Part shown: piece after piece, positions 14,109 through 27,300 of the stretch
How the letters are laid out: each line of letters opens with the position of its first letter
Position numbering within the stretch: the stretch's first letter is position 1
Assembly: GCA_044892525.1 (NCBI GenBank)
Contig: CM097885.1
Coordinates: 6,016,001-6,080,000, forward strand
Direction of reading: 5' to 3'
Source: Schmidtea polychroa
Taxonomy: Eukaryota
Length of the DNA: 64,000 bases
Position numbers and translations under genes: made by a program
Notes under the pieces: model-generated
What the model was told of the DNA's origin: nothing
What the model saw: only the letters and a program-made list of their open reading frames with translations
Database searches by the model: none

Positions 14109-15999
14109 CAGGGGTGGTCAACCCAAATGATCATGCGGGCCACTTTGGAAAGGCTTCATAACTCCGCGGGCCACATATAAAATTATATATCCACATAGAA
14201 TCTAAGTCATTTATATAAGATATTTTAGAAAAAATGAAGATCATTTGATAGATTTTCGTTTTTTAAATTCTTATTTACGCCTCTGCTTATTATAAATATA
14301 TATAAATATGCTTATATTTACATATAACTAAATGGTGAAAACAAAGTAAACTCTTTGAAAATTTAAGATAGTAAAAAAACAAGCTTTAACACTAAACGTA
14401 CCGACATATTATATATACCTATTTCTACTGATGGCGGTCAAATGACCGCTTTTGAAATAAACATTATAGTCTTTTCCAGTTGATTGTAATTAATACAGAA
14501 TTTAGCATAAACAATAAACATAAAATAGTTATCATATAATAATTAAAAAACATTTATTTTTCGGGATTTAGGAGTACATTTTTAGAAAGAAGGCTTGAAA
14601 CTGAAAAATTATATGTTACTTCAGTAATTTACATACATATCCTCATTCAAACTAGAACAAAATTTATTCGTTATCTCTCCCGTAAACATTTTCCACAAAC
14701 ATATACCTTGCAGATGAGAGAAAATTTGTCAGTCTGCAGACGCTGGGTCCGCTCGCTTCTTCTATCAAAACGAATAAATCGCATAATTTCTGTGAAACGA
14801 TTTCTGTTCATTGTTCGTGTAAAAAATGCAGGACCCCATTTCTTATTCCATAAATATGAAACGTTCAAGTTTCTTGTTTCATATGCACCACGTGCATATA
14901 AAATTGCTATGAAAGCATCTAACTCTTCTTTTTGTTATATGATTCATAATCCCCTGGTCAATTATCAACGAAAATTCACTCCTTACTTTGCCCTTCATAA
15001 TGTTGCGTTTCGCATATCCCGTTGGGCCTGATATTTCTCTGAAAATTGTATGAAGCGGAGATCTTCCAGGTCCAGAACCTTGGTGAATTTTTGCCAAACA
15101 GTTCCATCAACTGAGGTTTCAATATTCTCATCGTTTTCTTCACATTCATCTTCGAAACTGGAGAACAACCTCATTTTTTTTCGTCCCCTATTCGTGTTCA
15201 CAATGTTCTCTTCCTCATTATTCGTATCGAATAGCTCAGACTCAGTGTCTAATGGATCATATATACCATCCTCACTCCCAGAATTTTCTTCTTCATCTAC
15301 TTCAGAGCATAGTTCGCTTATATTATTTATTTCTTCCATCAATTTCCTTTGCATTGACATTTTAGAGCTAAATTTTGAATTTGTATTTGAATAATTCATC
15401 AATAATAAAATGCAGACTTACTATCATTATTTGTTTATTATCCAAAGTTTGTAGCCTATTTTATTATTACAAATAGAACTAATCACGTCGCAAATATTTG
15501 TAATGCCGCGTACAGAGCCAGTATTCTAATTTGAATGATCGCCATTTTGCCTCACCTCGTGAGTTACCAGCAGTCGCTCTGTAACCAGCATAAAAACAAA
15601 CTGACGTTTTCCTAGACCTCGTGAAATTTCAATGCAGATAACTTCATAAAATTTCATATTATTCTAACGGTCAAAAAACCGCCAAGGCTAGACAACGGTA
15701 GAGTACATATTATTATCAGGAAAAACGAAAGAAGAAGAGAAATATATATTGAAATATTAAACAGCTATATATTATAGAAAATGTTGTGCAGCAAGTTCAA
15801 GAAAAATAAAAACCTTGAATTTAACAATTTCGATTAAAGTCTCAAAAGCGGTCATTTGACCACTCTGGTAGGTTTAGTGTTAAAGTACTTATTATGAACC
15901 AATTATTAAAAATTACAATTAAATTTTATTTGTGTAAGAAATAATCACTATTTTTTTAATATAAACAAAAAACGGCGGGTCACGGGTTGCTCATCTCTG
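14109..15999. mobile_element. Non-autonomous hAT (Buster-type) MITE interrupted by a piggyBac
   Basis: TIRs CAGGGGTGGTCAACCC / GGGTTGCTCATCTCTG. Perfect TSD GTATAAAG (14101-14108, 16000-16007). GCGGGCC subterminal repeats. Confidence 0.9.
14390..15879 (-). mobile_element. Internally deleted piggyBac (PGBD4-like) element
   Basis: TTAA on both sides (14386-14389, 15880-15883). TIRs CACTAAACGTACC / GGTAGGTTTAGTG and GCGGTCA(A/T)(A/T)TGACC subterminal repeats. Frameshifted transposase 14671-15402 (acidic N-terminus, LWNKKWGP..TMNRNRFTEIMRFIRFD..TDKFSLI) fused directly to a C-terminal Cys-rich CKVYVCGKC. Confidence 0.92.
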
Positions 16000-16879
16000 G
16001 TATAAAGAGTATCTAATTGCACTATCAATGAGAACATCAGCGCCAAATCAAAATGAGTTTGTGTGTTTGTATAATATAAAATTATAGATTTTTTTCTTAT
16101 ATTATAGGAAGCATATCTCAGTGATTTCTGGTGTGCACCAATTATAGATGACTTGACGTTTATGATGAAATAGAGTTAAATTGTAAGTTTATTTATTTTA
16201 GTCCATTTTAGAAATGGATTTTAGGTATGATTTTTAATTTTATATAATTATGAGATCATTGTTCAAGTTCTTAAATATCACATTTTTTCAACATTTTCCA
16301 TTAAAAATTATTTATAATTAATTTTTGCATGATTTTTATGTATTTATTTCGATACGTGAGTTCTATTACTTTTAAAGTAATTAATTAACAAATATAATTT
16401 ATTAATTCCCAAAGACATCATTATTTAACAACATTTAGGGAAAATCGGTCTTACCATATTCTAATTCCAAATTTTTATACATCAAATTTCCTTTCGAAGG
16501 ACATTGTGCTGAAACCAGTTGCACTTAGTAGGATGTGAGCTTATCAGATATAAAATTAGGGGAGAGCGAGGTATTAAGATTACACAATAATGGCCCTGCA
16601 CATATCCACGCAATTATGCCACAGCACGTACCGACACCGACACCGACACACACATGGTAACTACGGTCTCACTATAGTGGTCTCTGGTTACTAACTGACC
16701 CCACATACTGACCATGATCATTAGTTACTATGTCATCATACTAACCATACACGCCTACACAAATGGTAACTTTTGTAGAACTACTCTATCCCAACCTACC
16801 CTATGTAAGAATCCAGCACCACCAATACTAAAATACAATACTACTAGTATGATTTATATGTATTATAAATGGAACATTT

Positions 16880-17400
16880 CGAACGCTTTCCATGGAACTG
16901 AGGTACGGACTGTAATGCGGCAGGTGTTCTATAATTTCTTTTGTGACGATGCTCCTCCGCGAATAGAAACATTATCACGAATTATAGTATTTAGTATTAT
17001 TCAGTTTCGATGTTAATTCATTTATAAAAAGTTGGTAGGTATTCTTTTTATAGGATTCTACAACTAATTTTTGATGTACTGGCTCTTTGACACCAATAGC
17101 TAGAACCAGTTACTATTTGTCCTACGATTACTTGCCACTGTTGCGTAAATACACTCGCCTTTTTTCTTTTTTCGTAACAATTGGCTTGTTCAAGCATTGA
17201 AGATACATTCATCAATATACTCCAATTTACTGTTGAGCCACCCTTCTTGGAATCGAGTCACATATAATCCATTCTTTTTTCTAGGACGCGATCCAAATTT
17301 CGTCATGCGACATATGTCCGGATTTTTTCCGAAATCAAATGACTTTCCAGAAATCTATAAATTGTAGTTTTGCATCAGTTTTGTTGTATCATATAACTGC
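16880..17400 (-). pseudogene. Decayed IS630/Tc1-like DDE transposase
   Basis: Minus-strand fragments EYIDECIFN, IIRDNVS and HLPHYSPYLSSME (compare LPPYSPxLNPIE), with multiple stops and frameshifts. Confidence 0.65.
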
Positions 17401-18145
17401 ACATTTCTTGCAGTGATGCATAAAAGTTCTCTTTCACATAATCTAAAAGTTGATTCCAATGTTATTCAGAAATTTTTAACTTGCTGGTTCATCATCTTCC
17501 TGAAGATATTTCTCCACGTTTTTGTATTTATATATTATATTTTGGACTGGCTCTGCAAATTCCAAATAATCTACCGAAATTGTAAAAATATACGTCATTT
17601 TCTATGGCATTAACAATTTTAATTTTGTCAAGTTCTGAAATTCTATATAAATATTAATTTTTAAATTTAGGTTATTAAAATTTACGATTTTTCATGATTT
17701 TTGCTGTTCTAATCTTCAGGTTTTATCATCAATAGTTTTATGTAATTGGAATTCAGTATAATTAGATTTTGAGAATTCAATAATCCAGTAAATAAATTAT
17801 AAGAGATTATAATAATAAATCCATATTGTATTCGCTCAATCTTAATAAAACTTAATATTTAGTTTCGCACATTCGATTGGCACTGATTTCATAAAATTCA
17901 ACTGCTAATTCAACATTTTCACTTTTACATGAACATTTTTTACTGTTAGTGGGTATATCGATAATTATTACAACTATTTTTAATTAGATATCGTTTTTAA
18001 CAGTGCATAGGTTCAGGTAGTAAGTATATTTGCTCTGCTTGAAAGGATTTCAAAGATCTTGTAATATGTCAGTTTGTAATGTAATAAGATATTTTTTCAA
18101 TGGACAGTACTAGAAGGTATAAATAATTGTAGCGTGTTAGACATC

Positions 18146-18659
18146 TTGCCACCTCCTCGTCACATAAAGTTAGACCCCATGAAGAATTTCGCCAAAGTGA
18201 TGAATTACGATGAACAAGGATTTGAAAATCTCCAAAACCAGTTACCCCAGTTGAGCGACGCGAAAATAAAGGGAATTTTTATTGGTCCATAGATTACAAA
18301 AATCATTCATGATTTCAACTTCAAACCTCTTCTGAGCAAGGAGATTGCAGCGTGGAAAGGATTTAAGGAAGTTGTACAAGGTTTTCTTGGCAATTAGAGG
18401 TCTTCACATTATATGAAACTTGTGCATAAGCTTTTAAAACCGTATCATGGATCTCATGAATCACTTCCTTGATTCTCACTTGGACTTCTATTCCATGAAT
18501 ATGGGTGCAGTTCGCGACGAACACGGAGAGAGATTCCATCAGAACATCAAAACGTTCGAAAAACAATATCAAGGTCAATGGGATGTCTCGATGCTTCCGT
18601 ACTACTGCTGGTATCTTCAAAGGGATTTACCTAACCAAATGTACAAGAGGAAAGCTTAA
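18146..18659 (+). pseudogene. Chapaev3 (CMC)-like transposase C-terminal remnant
   Basis: LPPPRHIKLDPMKNFAK..LSDAKIKGIFIGP and HFLDSHLDFYSMNMGAVRDEHGERFHQNIKTFEKQYQGQWDVSMLPYYCW match Chapaev3 motifs as I recall them. Stops and frameshifts present. Confidence 0.8.
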
Positions 18660-19917
18660 GAAGGAATAAACAAAAGTATGGATGTTAGAAGATGGACGAA
18701 CACTGAATATTTTAAAACTTAAACATTACATAATAGAAAAAAATAAATACAGAATAAATATACATGTATCTATGTGATTAATGGGATAAACATTATTATA
18801 TTGTGATTATTAACAATTTGGATGTGATTAATTTATGTTATCAAGCTGGAATTGTATATTTTGTTTTTATTGGTTTATTATAATATAAACAAACTTCATA
18901 TTTATTTGTTTTTATTGTTGTTTATTATTATTTATTGTTATTGTTTATCATTTGTTGTCTGCTATTATTATTATTATTATTGCGAAAATCATTTGTTAAT
19001 TTATGGATCAACATATTTTGATGAAATATATTTTGAGGTCTCACTATTTGAAAACCCCAAATTACTGGTTCTTATATAAACGATCGAAAAACAATAAGAC
19101 TAAAATATATTTAAAAATAAAATTCACTTTTTAAAATTTACAACTCGATTTTTTCCGAACTTTCGATACCAAATTGATTTACAATAGATGTTGGTTGTGT
19201 TTCTGTTATGTTTTGTCGTGTGTGTTATATCGTGAGTACAAAAATTTCTTGTGAAACTTTTTATCTGTCTTATTTTTAAGTCTAATGAGAATTTCCTTTT
19301 ATAGACTGCAAAAAATCGGTTAGAATTTTTGGGCGAATAAACTGATTTTGGTGATCGTTTATATACTAAATTTTTCTACATGTTTAACGCTTAATTAATA
19401 TTTATTTTATTTTTTCTATACCTAAATGTCTAAGTTATTATAAATATTTATTTCTATATCCACTAATTTATTTTATCAATTAGATTGAAATCCAAAATTG
19501 CTTAAATTATTCTGATATTATTTTTTATTAAATTAATTTCTTTTAAATACTTTACCCATTATTTTTATGTGTTTACAATAGAAATTAAAAATATACAGAT
19601 GACATAAAAGTTCAAATGAAAGTTCGATAAAGTTCCGAATACAGTTCAATTCAATAAAAATGAATCATGATAAAAATAGAGTTCTGAACATAGTTATTTA
19701 CACAAATATATGAATATCGATGAAAGTTATTGTTCAATCATTGACTCTTGTTTGGGGAATTGGATTGTTGAGTTGTCGATCCGGATTGTAGAGATGGAGT
19801 CTACTTTATTTATTGACGTTCTTCGGCGTAAACGTTGACTCTGTACTCGCCTGGCCCTGTTCTATAATATTTGTCTAAGGTGAATGTAGTGATAGGTCTA
19901 CCCTCATTCATCTAACA

Positions 19918-20547
19918 CAGGGGTCTCAAACTCAAACTGGCCTGCGGGCCGCAACACAAATAATTGTTTTTCAGAACATGTGGAGTCTGAAACACCGACG
20001 TTAATATTTATTTAATTAAAAACTCAACAAAACTAAAAGACATTTTTTTATTATTAATAATAATAATAATAAAATAATAATAATAATAATAAAATTTGAA
20101 GAAAATGTGGTAACATTTGAATGCATTAACTTGGTCACACATGTTTGTAATGATTTGATCCTTTCCTTGCAGTTTCAAATTAAATCGGATAAGTGTTTCG
20201 TTATATCAACCATAAAAGATAAATCTTGCCACCACACTGTATCATAAAACAAGGCGATGTCTTGTTTTTTGGATGTTAAAAACTGCCATATTTTGCCTTT
20301 CAAATCCCAAAATTGTTTGAGAACCTTGGAGCAGGATAACCAACGTACCTCGGTATAGTACGACAAACCAGAATTTATTTTCGCACCCTAACTAGATTTT
20401 TGGGGTTCGTTTCCTTAATTTTTTGTTTAATGGGCGATAAAAACTAAATGTAACAGTTATAAGAAGTGATTACATAGAAAATTTTATTTTTAAGTTTTGT
20501 TTTTTTTGTACTGATATATCAAGTGGGCCGCAAGTTTGACATATCTG
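19918..20547 (-). mobile_element. Deleted hAT (Buster/GTF2IRD2-like) element, 630 bp
   Basis: TIRs CAGGGGTCTCAAACT / AGTTTGACATATCTG. TSD ATCTAACA (19910-19917, 20548-20555). Internal fragment YYTEVRWLSCSKVLKQFWDLK..DLSFMVDITKHL. Confidence 0.9.
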
Positions 20548-21703
20548 ATCTAACAAATAGTTGTTTAGGTCTTTGTAAGTTACTGTTTATTTTATGAAAA
20601 GATTTTCAATCGAGCAAATTAATTCTACAAAAATTAATTTATAAACTAACCATGAGATCCATTTGAGGTCGGTTTGTTGTTTTTAGGCGTGGGATTTTGT
20701 TTTGGATTACACTAAGCGCATTGTTTAATTACACTGGTAGAAAAGGGTTTGATAATTTCACCGATATGAGAAAAAAGGGTAATAAAAGTTCAAATAAATC
20801 TAAAAGAGCCAATTTTACAAATGCTGCAAAACAAATTATAATGAGACTTGCACATATGCCAAATTGGAAAAATTAGGAATTTTAGTTCAAACAACCCCAT
20901 TATTTGATAATAAATCACAAAAATTCAGGAGTTATGATATTTCTAAATGACTCATAAAATTGATACGCAATAATCACAGATATGAAAATCGATTAGCTTT
21001 AATAGAAATCATTTAAATTTTTTATACAATTAAATATATTTCAAATAAAAATGTACATAAATGCACAAATCTTTTTATAATTCTGCTAAATGTAAATACA
21101 AAAAAGAAAGCAATTCCGAAAACATAATAAATATTTTACTGAATTTCATTTTCGAATTTAGGATGACACACAGATACCAACCTGAAAACAGACCCTGGGA
21201 ATCTAAAAATAAAATTGTACTTTTTAAGAACAATAAATCACCCCACAATAGCAATCATTGACAAACAATAATTTTTGAAGGCAAAGTCAACAAAATTTTG
21301 GTATAAAAGCAGACTGATTCTCAGTAAAATCACCCTAAAATAAAAGCTCTTGAGAAGAATTGCAAATTCAGAAATTGATATTGCAATATAATTTAGGGCA
21401 CACCTATTTAGACATCCGAGCTCAGGAAGTTGTAAGCATCCACACACACACACCACAAATCGAAGTTAGTTTGAGGTGATTGTTATATATTTTTCTAATT
21501 TTTAATGGTGATAAATAAATAAATTTATTGAACCAGTGTTTGTGTTCTTATTTATATAGGAACCATCAAGTTGAGATTTGAGAATCTCAACAGATATGTT
21601 ATAAAATTTTATTAATTCAAATATTCAATTGTAAATTTCAATTTAAAGTCTTTTTTATTTTCAATAAAATCTATATTTTAAAATATCTTGTAAATTGTTG
21701 CGT

Positions 21704-22705
21704 TGATAATAAATCAATAAAACCCATATTATCAAATTCGCAGGAAATTATAGTATCGATAATAAATCAATAAAATCCATATTATCAAATTCCCAGGAAA
21801 TTGTAGTATCGATAATAAATCAATAAAATCCATATTATCAAATTCCCAGGAAATTGTAGAATCGATAATAAATCAATAAAATCCATATTATCAAATTCCC
21901 AGGAAATTGTAGTATCGAATATAAATCAATAAAATCCATATTATCAAATTCTGAGGAAACTATAGTATCGATAATAAATCAATAAAATCCATATTATCAA
22001 ATTCCCAGGAAATTGTAGTATCGATAATAAATCAATAAAATCCATATTATCAAATTCCCAGGAAATTGTAGTATCGATAATAAATCAATAAAATCCATAT
22101 TATCAAATTCCCAGGAAATTGTAGTATCGATAATAAATCAATAAAATCCATATTATCAAATTCCCAGGAAATTGTAGTATCGATAATAAATCAATAAAAC
22201 CAATATTATCAAATTCGCAGGAAATTATAGTATCGATAATAAATCAATAAAATCCATATTATCAAATTCCAAGGAAATTATAGTATCGATAATAAATCAA
22301 TAAAATCCATATTATCAAATTCCCAGGAAATTGTAGTATCGATAATAAATCAATAAAATCCATATTATCAAATTCCCATGAAATTATAGTATCGATAATA
22401 AATCAATAAAATCCATATTATCAAATTCGCAGGAAATTGTAGTATCGATAATAAATCAATAAAATCCATATTATCAAATTCGCAGGAAATTATAGTATCG
22501 ATAATAAATCAATAAAATCCATATTATCAAATTCCCAGGAAATTTTAGTATCGATAATAAATCAATAAAATCCATATTATCAAATTCGCAGGAAATTATA
22601 GTATCGATAATAAATCAATAAAATCCATATTATCAAATTCGCAGGAAATTATAGTATCGATAATAAATCAATATTATCAAATTTCCTGTAAATATTAGTA
22701 TCGAC
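21704..22705. repeat. 53-bp tandem repeat, ~18-19 copies
   Basis: Unit TCGATAATAAATCAATAAAATCCATATTATCAAATTCCCAGGAAATTGTAGTA, head-to-tail with no spacers. Confidence 0.97.
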
Positions 22706-23292
22706 AAAAAATCCATATATCGTTGGGAGATCTCAATCCAATCCCATAGAGCACAAATAATCTGACAAAGTCAATAACTGTTGATTATAATCAATATTTG
22801 CTATTATTTTTTCCTATTAAAAATGAGATAAAAACGAGAAAAATCATTCTCAGTGAAATTTCCGAGTAAAATAATTTTATTATACAAATCTATAAAAACG
22901 AAAAATAAATTAAACTGACCTCATACTCGATATAATATCAATAATAATATTGAAAATATTTGCTGTGAAATACCAGAAATAGAAAGTGAAATTATTATAA
23001 TCGATTATTATATGACACAATCAATACAGACCTCACGTTCACATAAGGTTCAATAGGAAATAAATTGTAAAGAATTCCACTGGATAATCTGGTTTGCTTT
23101 TATTTCGAATGCGCCAGTTTCTAAAATTCAGATTTGAATTAATAAAATCGAAATTTTTAATAGGCAATTTTTCATATTATAACCGGACAAATTTCACAAA
23201 CAATTTATTGATATATAATCAAGCTTTAATCAATATCAATATTAAATATTTAATAATCATTAAAAAATAAAATAAACATAATAAAATCGGAA

Positions 23293-24260
23293 TGTTGGGT
23301 ATTTTGTAGTTGGTCGGTGATTGTTAACTGCCAATTACTTATCTGCCTCGACAGAGCACCGGTAAGGAATGAAATCGGTAATATTCGAATAATTCCAAAA
23401 GATTCTTGGCTCCCTTGGATATAAACTGCTTCTCATTCTCATTAATTGTTCTTTGCTTGATTCTCTTTCCGTTAGTCCTTTTCAGCATTTCCTTATGACT
23501 TTTTAGGATTTTCATTTTCTCTAATTTGTTTGTTTTTTCTTTAAGATTTTTGTTTTGATCACCAATTTATTTGTCTTGTTACCCTGTTGATTTTCATCTC
23601 AAATTTGCCATTTACCAGCACTGTTCTGGTTTTGTTTTTGATTTTACATTTTTTCATATGGTTAATGTTTTAGCTTTATTGTGTGTTTTCATGTTTCATT
23701 TTCATGTTTTTAATTCACTAATCATTTTATTTCATGATGTTTTATTTTTCATTTTATTTCCTCTCATACTATTTTATTCTAATTTATTTTTCCTTCGCTT
23801 TACACTGTTTTTTTATCTTTTATTGAAATTTTTTACCTTTCTCCCGCGTTGTGTTATTGTTATAGAATCTATAGTATAGATATACAGCCTGGTTATTTTC
23901 TGATTATTTCTCAACACTAGGGTTGCAGGTAATCAAGATTTTACCCTTTAATACTATTCTCAATGCCACCCAGGATACAATTGATATTGCAACACGATAG
24001 CCATTGAATACTCAACGCTGGTAGTGTATCGCAAAGGGGTTACTTGCAAAAATTGAGTGCATTCCAATGCATTATAATCAGAGATATGTGTATTTTTTTA
24101 CAATTCTGTTTTTCGGCTTTCCCATGCCTTTTTCCGAGTAGCCCATCGAGATAACAAGCCAATCTAAAGTAATAAACCCAAATTTATAGAAAAATCAAAC
24201 AAAAGCAAGAAGTATCACATGAAACCCACTCAAACACAACTAATGAAAACAAATTTGAAT
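23293..24260 (-). mobile_element. Chimeric LTR-like element of the 4982-6685 family containing repeat copy 2 (23347-24081)
   Basis: 23293-23345 is the reverse complement of the 6633-6685 terminus and ends CCCAACA. 24166-24260 is homologous to 5347-5465. The middle is the inverted copy of 10846-11583. No TSD found. Confidence 0.7.
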
Positions 24261-24321
24261 AAACTGTGATAAAGGTAAAATTTTTATAAAATAATATTAA
24301 TTTTCAAAAAATATCAACCTG

Positions 24322-27300
24322 CTACTGGGCCGGGAAAACTCGAATACAACGGACAACATTCTGACGACAAATCGGACATTCAGCCAATTTAGAGCCACAC
24401 CTTACACAACAGAGCATGTGGCCACATTCAATTAGCACACAATCGACCGGGTTGTCCATACAGATTGCGCATTCTTTAACGGCTTCAAAATTGTTTGGAT
24501 TTTCGGCTTGGAAATCGATCCGTTCATCTGCATCAAAATACATTTGAATAGTAAACGGATTTCAATATATTACTATTGAAAGCTGTCCATAATCGCTTTA
24601 CTCGACAAACTAGTTCGTGCCGTTCCACGCAACCTTTGTAATCTACCTTATTGTATGCGAGCATGTCTTTCAGTTGTCTGATAGAAAGCAGTTCGATCTC
24701 ATCGATCGCACTGATATCTTCGATAGGCACTCGTTCAGTTCGGTTAATTACCGAGGCAGGATAACCACCTTCCATTGCTTCTTCATAAGTTGGCGGTGGA
24801 ATTTTTTGGAAACCAGGACTTTTGTCGGTCTAAGTTATTAGGTTATTAGGTTTGTGTAGCAATCAAACGATCTGTTTCTTAAGGAGAACTTGAAAAGGCA
24901 ACAACGAAAATTTCAATGAAGACAGAAAGAATGAAAATACATTTAGTGGAAAAGGATTCGATTATCAGGAAAAGACTTACAAGATCAACAGAAAGGTTCA
25001 ATATCATTTTTCTGAACTAATTTGGTCAGGTCCCACAATTGATATTCTTAAAAGAATGTTTACTATCATCTTCCTACAGCAAATACTAATGCCGGTGAGA
25101 ATCAATATGAGAAGGATGATCAAAGAAAAGAATAGATATATATCTAACAAAGAAGCAAGACTCAATGAATGTGGATAAATAGGAATATGAATTGAAGTAT
25201 GCAAGAAAGTGCAAATGGTAAAGCGTAGATCTTCAAGGAACGAGTGAATAAAATTATAAAAACTGGAAAGCAAATCAACCTGTTTGCAACTCGAGGATGC
25301 CTCGTTTGAAATATTGTCGGTTTGAGAGACATTGCATGATGAACTGTCAGGATTAGTTGAATTTATTGTATTACTGGAATCTGATGTGATATTAGTGACC
25401 CTTTCCTAAGGATAAGGTATTTGTCAATAACTATTATATACCATATCTTAATGTATACAAGAGTACCGAGCGATAAAATATTGGGAATTGTACATTACCA
25501 TTCATTCATGCTAACTTTCTAACCAACACGGCACTGCCACGATAACATTATTATTAATTATATTGATAACTTTGATCCAGATAATGATATTATTGATAAT
25601 TCAATAATTGCTCCATTTATACCAGTTATTGGCTCCAAGAAAATAACATGGAAATAAAAAAACTGTGTGAATAAAGCTATAGAAAGATATTTAAAATAAG
25701 GATCTGTTTTCAATTCTCAAATATTTTACTTTTTACTAATGTAGAAAAGTAGAATAAAATATTACTTTACAATTTCAACCACTAAATCATCTCATACATT
25801 ATTATTATTATTATTATTTTTTTTTTATTATTATTTTATTGTTATTATTATTATTATTATTTTTATTATTATTGTTAATTTATTATTATAATTATTAATA
25901 ATTATTTTTTTTATTATTTTACTGCTATTATAATATTTTTTTATTATCGTTTTATTATTATTTTATTGTTATTATTTTATTATTATTGTTATTCTATTAT
26001 TATTTTTATTATTTAATTGCTATTATTATAGTTTTTTTTATTATCCTCTATTATCGTTTTTTTATTGATTATTAATAATTTTTTTCATTAATTTATTTTT
26101 ATTACAATATTTTATTATTATTTATTATATTTATTAATGTTATTTTATTATTATTATTTTTTTATTGCTATTATTATAATTTTTTTATTATCCTTTATTA
26201 TCGATTTTTATTGATTATTAATATTTTTTTATTATTTATTTTTATTGTCATTTTTTTAGTTGTTGTATTATTATTTATTATAATTATTATTGTTATTATT
26301 ATTTTTTTATTGTTATTATTATTTATTATAATTATTAATGTTATTATTGTTATTTTATCATTATTTATTTATGTTATTTATTATTATTGTCATTTTATCA
26401 TTATTTTTATTATTTAATTGCTTATTATTATATATATTTTTTCAATTTCTTATTCTTATGTTGTCCTTTTATGTTTACTATTCAAAGTTTCTAGCGGTAT
26501 CTGAAAATAAATTTATACATGGAATTCATCTACTTTTTGTGTAATATATAGCATCAAAAATGATTTTTTTTAAAAAAGTAAAAAAAAATAATAATTATCA
26601 ATATGAATTCAAAAAGAATAATAGTAGCCGAGACAATTAAAAGACTTATTCAATTAAATCATTATTTGACAATTTTAGATACCAAAATATGTGGTGAGAT
26701 TTATAAGAATAAAATTTAATTGTTCTTTAAATAAACTTTTATTGATTTATTTTTGTTTTTTATTGTTGTAGATCGATGCAAACAATTTTCAGAGGTTGCT
26801 GTAAGTCGAATGAGCTATAAATCTTTGAAATTCACAAAGGAGACTAATAGGAAATCAAAAAAGAAAAAATATTTTCTAGCTGTGGACGGCATTTTCCCTT
26901 TGGTGTTACCGGCTCACAATATCCTGGTTTCATTAAACTTAATAGCAAATCATTTCAAACCAAGCAATATAAATAACATAAGGCTATATATATATATATA
27001 TCAAATATTAATTACAATATTAATATAATAATTCAATTATCGACCATAAATATTTTTAATTGATTTCAATATACAAGTTTTACTGAAATAGCTATTTTAA
27101 TTAACTGATCACAATTTGAACTGTCAAACTCAATTACTGTTTCCTTTATAACGTATATTCTTTCTGGCGTCGTAATTAGCCAGGAAATATGCCATAGTAG
27201 CTACACACTAATTACCAATGAAAGGACGGGACCGAGTAACCCCTTCTTGGAAATAGCAAATCAAAAGATTAAAAAACGGAACCAAATTAAATAAGAATGA

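Noticed and set aside
21704..22705. CRISPR-like array
   Set aside because: Units are head-to-tail without unique spacers, there are no cas genes, and the context is eukaryotic. The same applies to the 36, 20 and 148 bp arrays.
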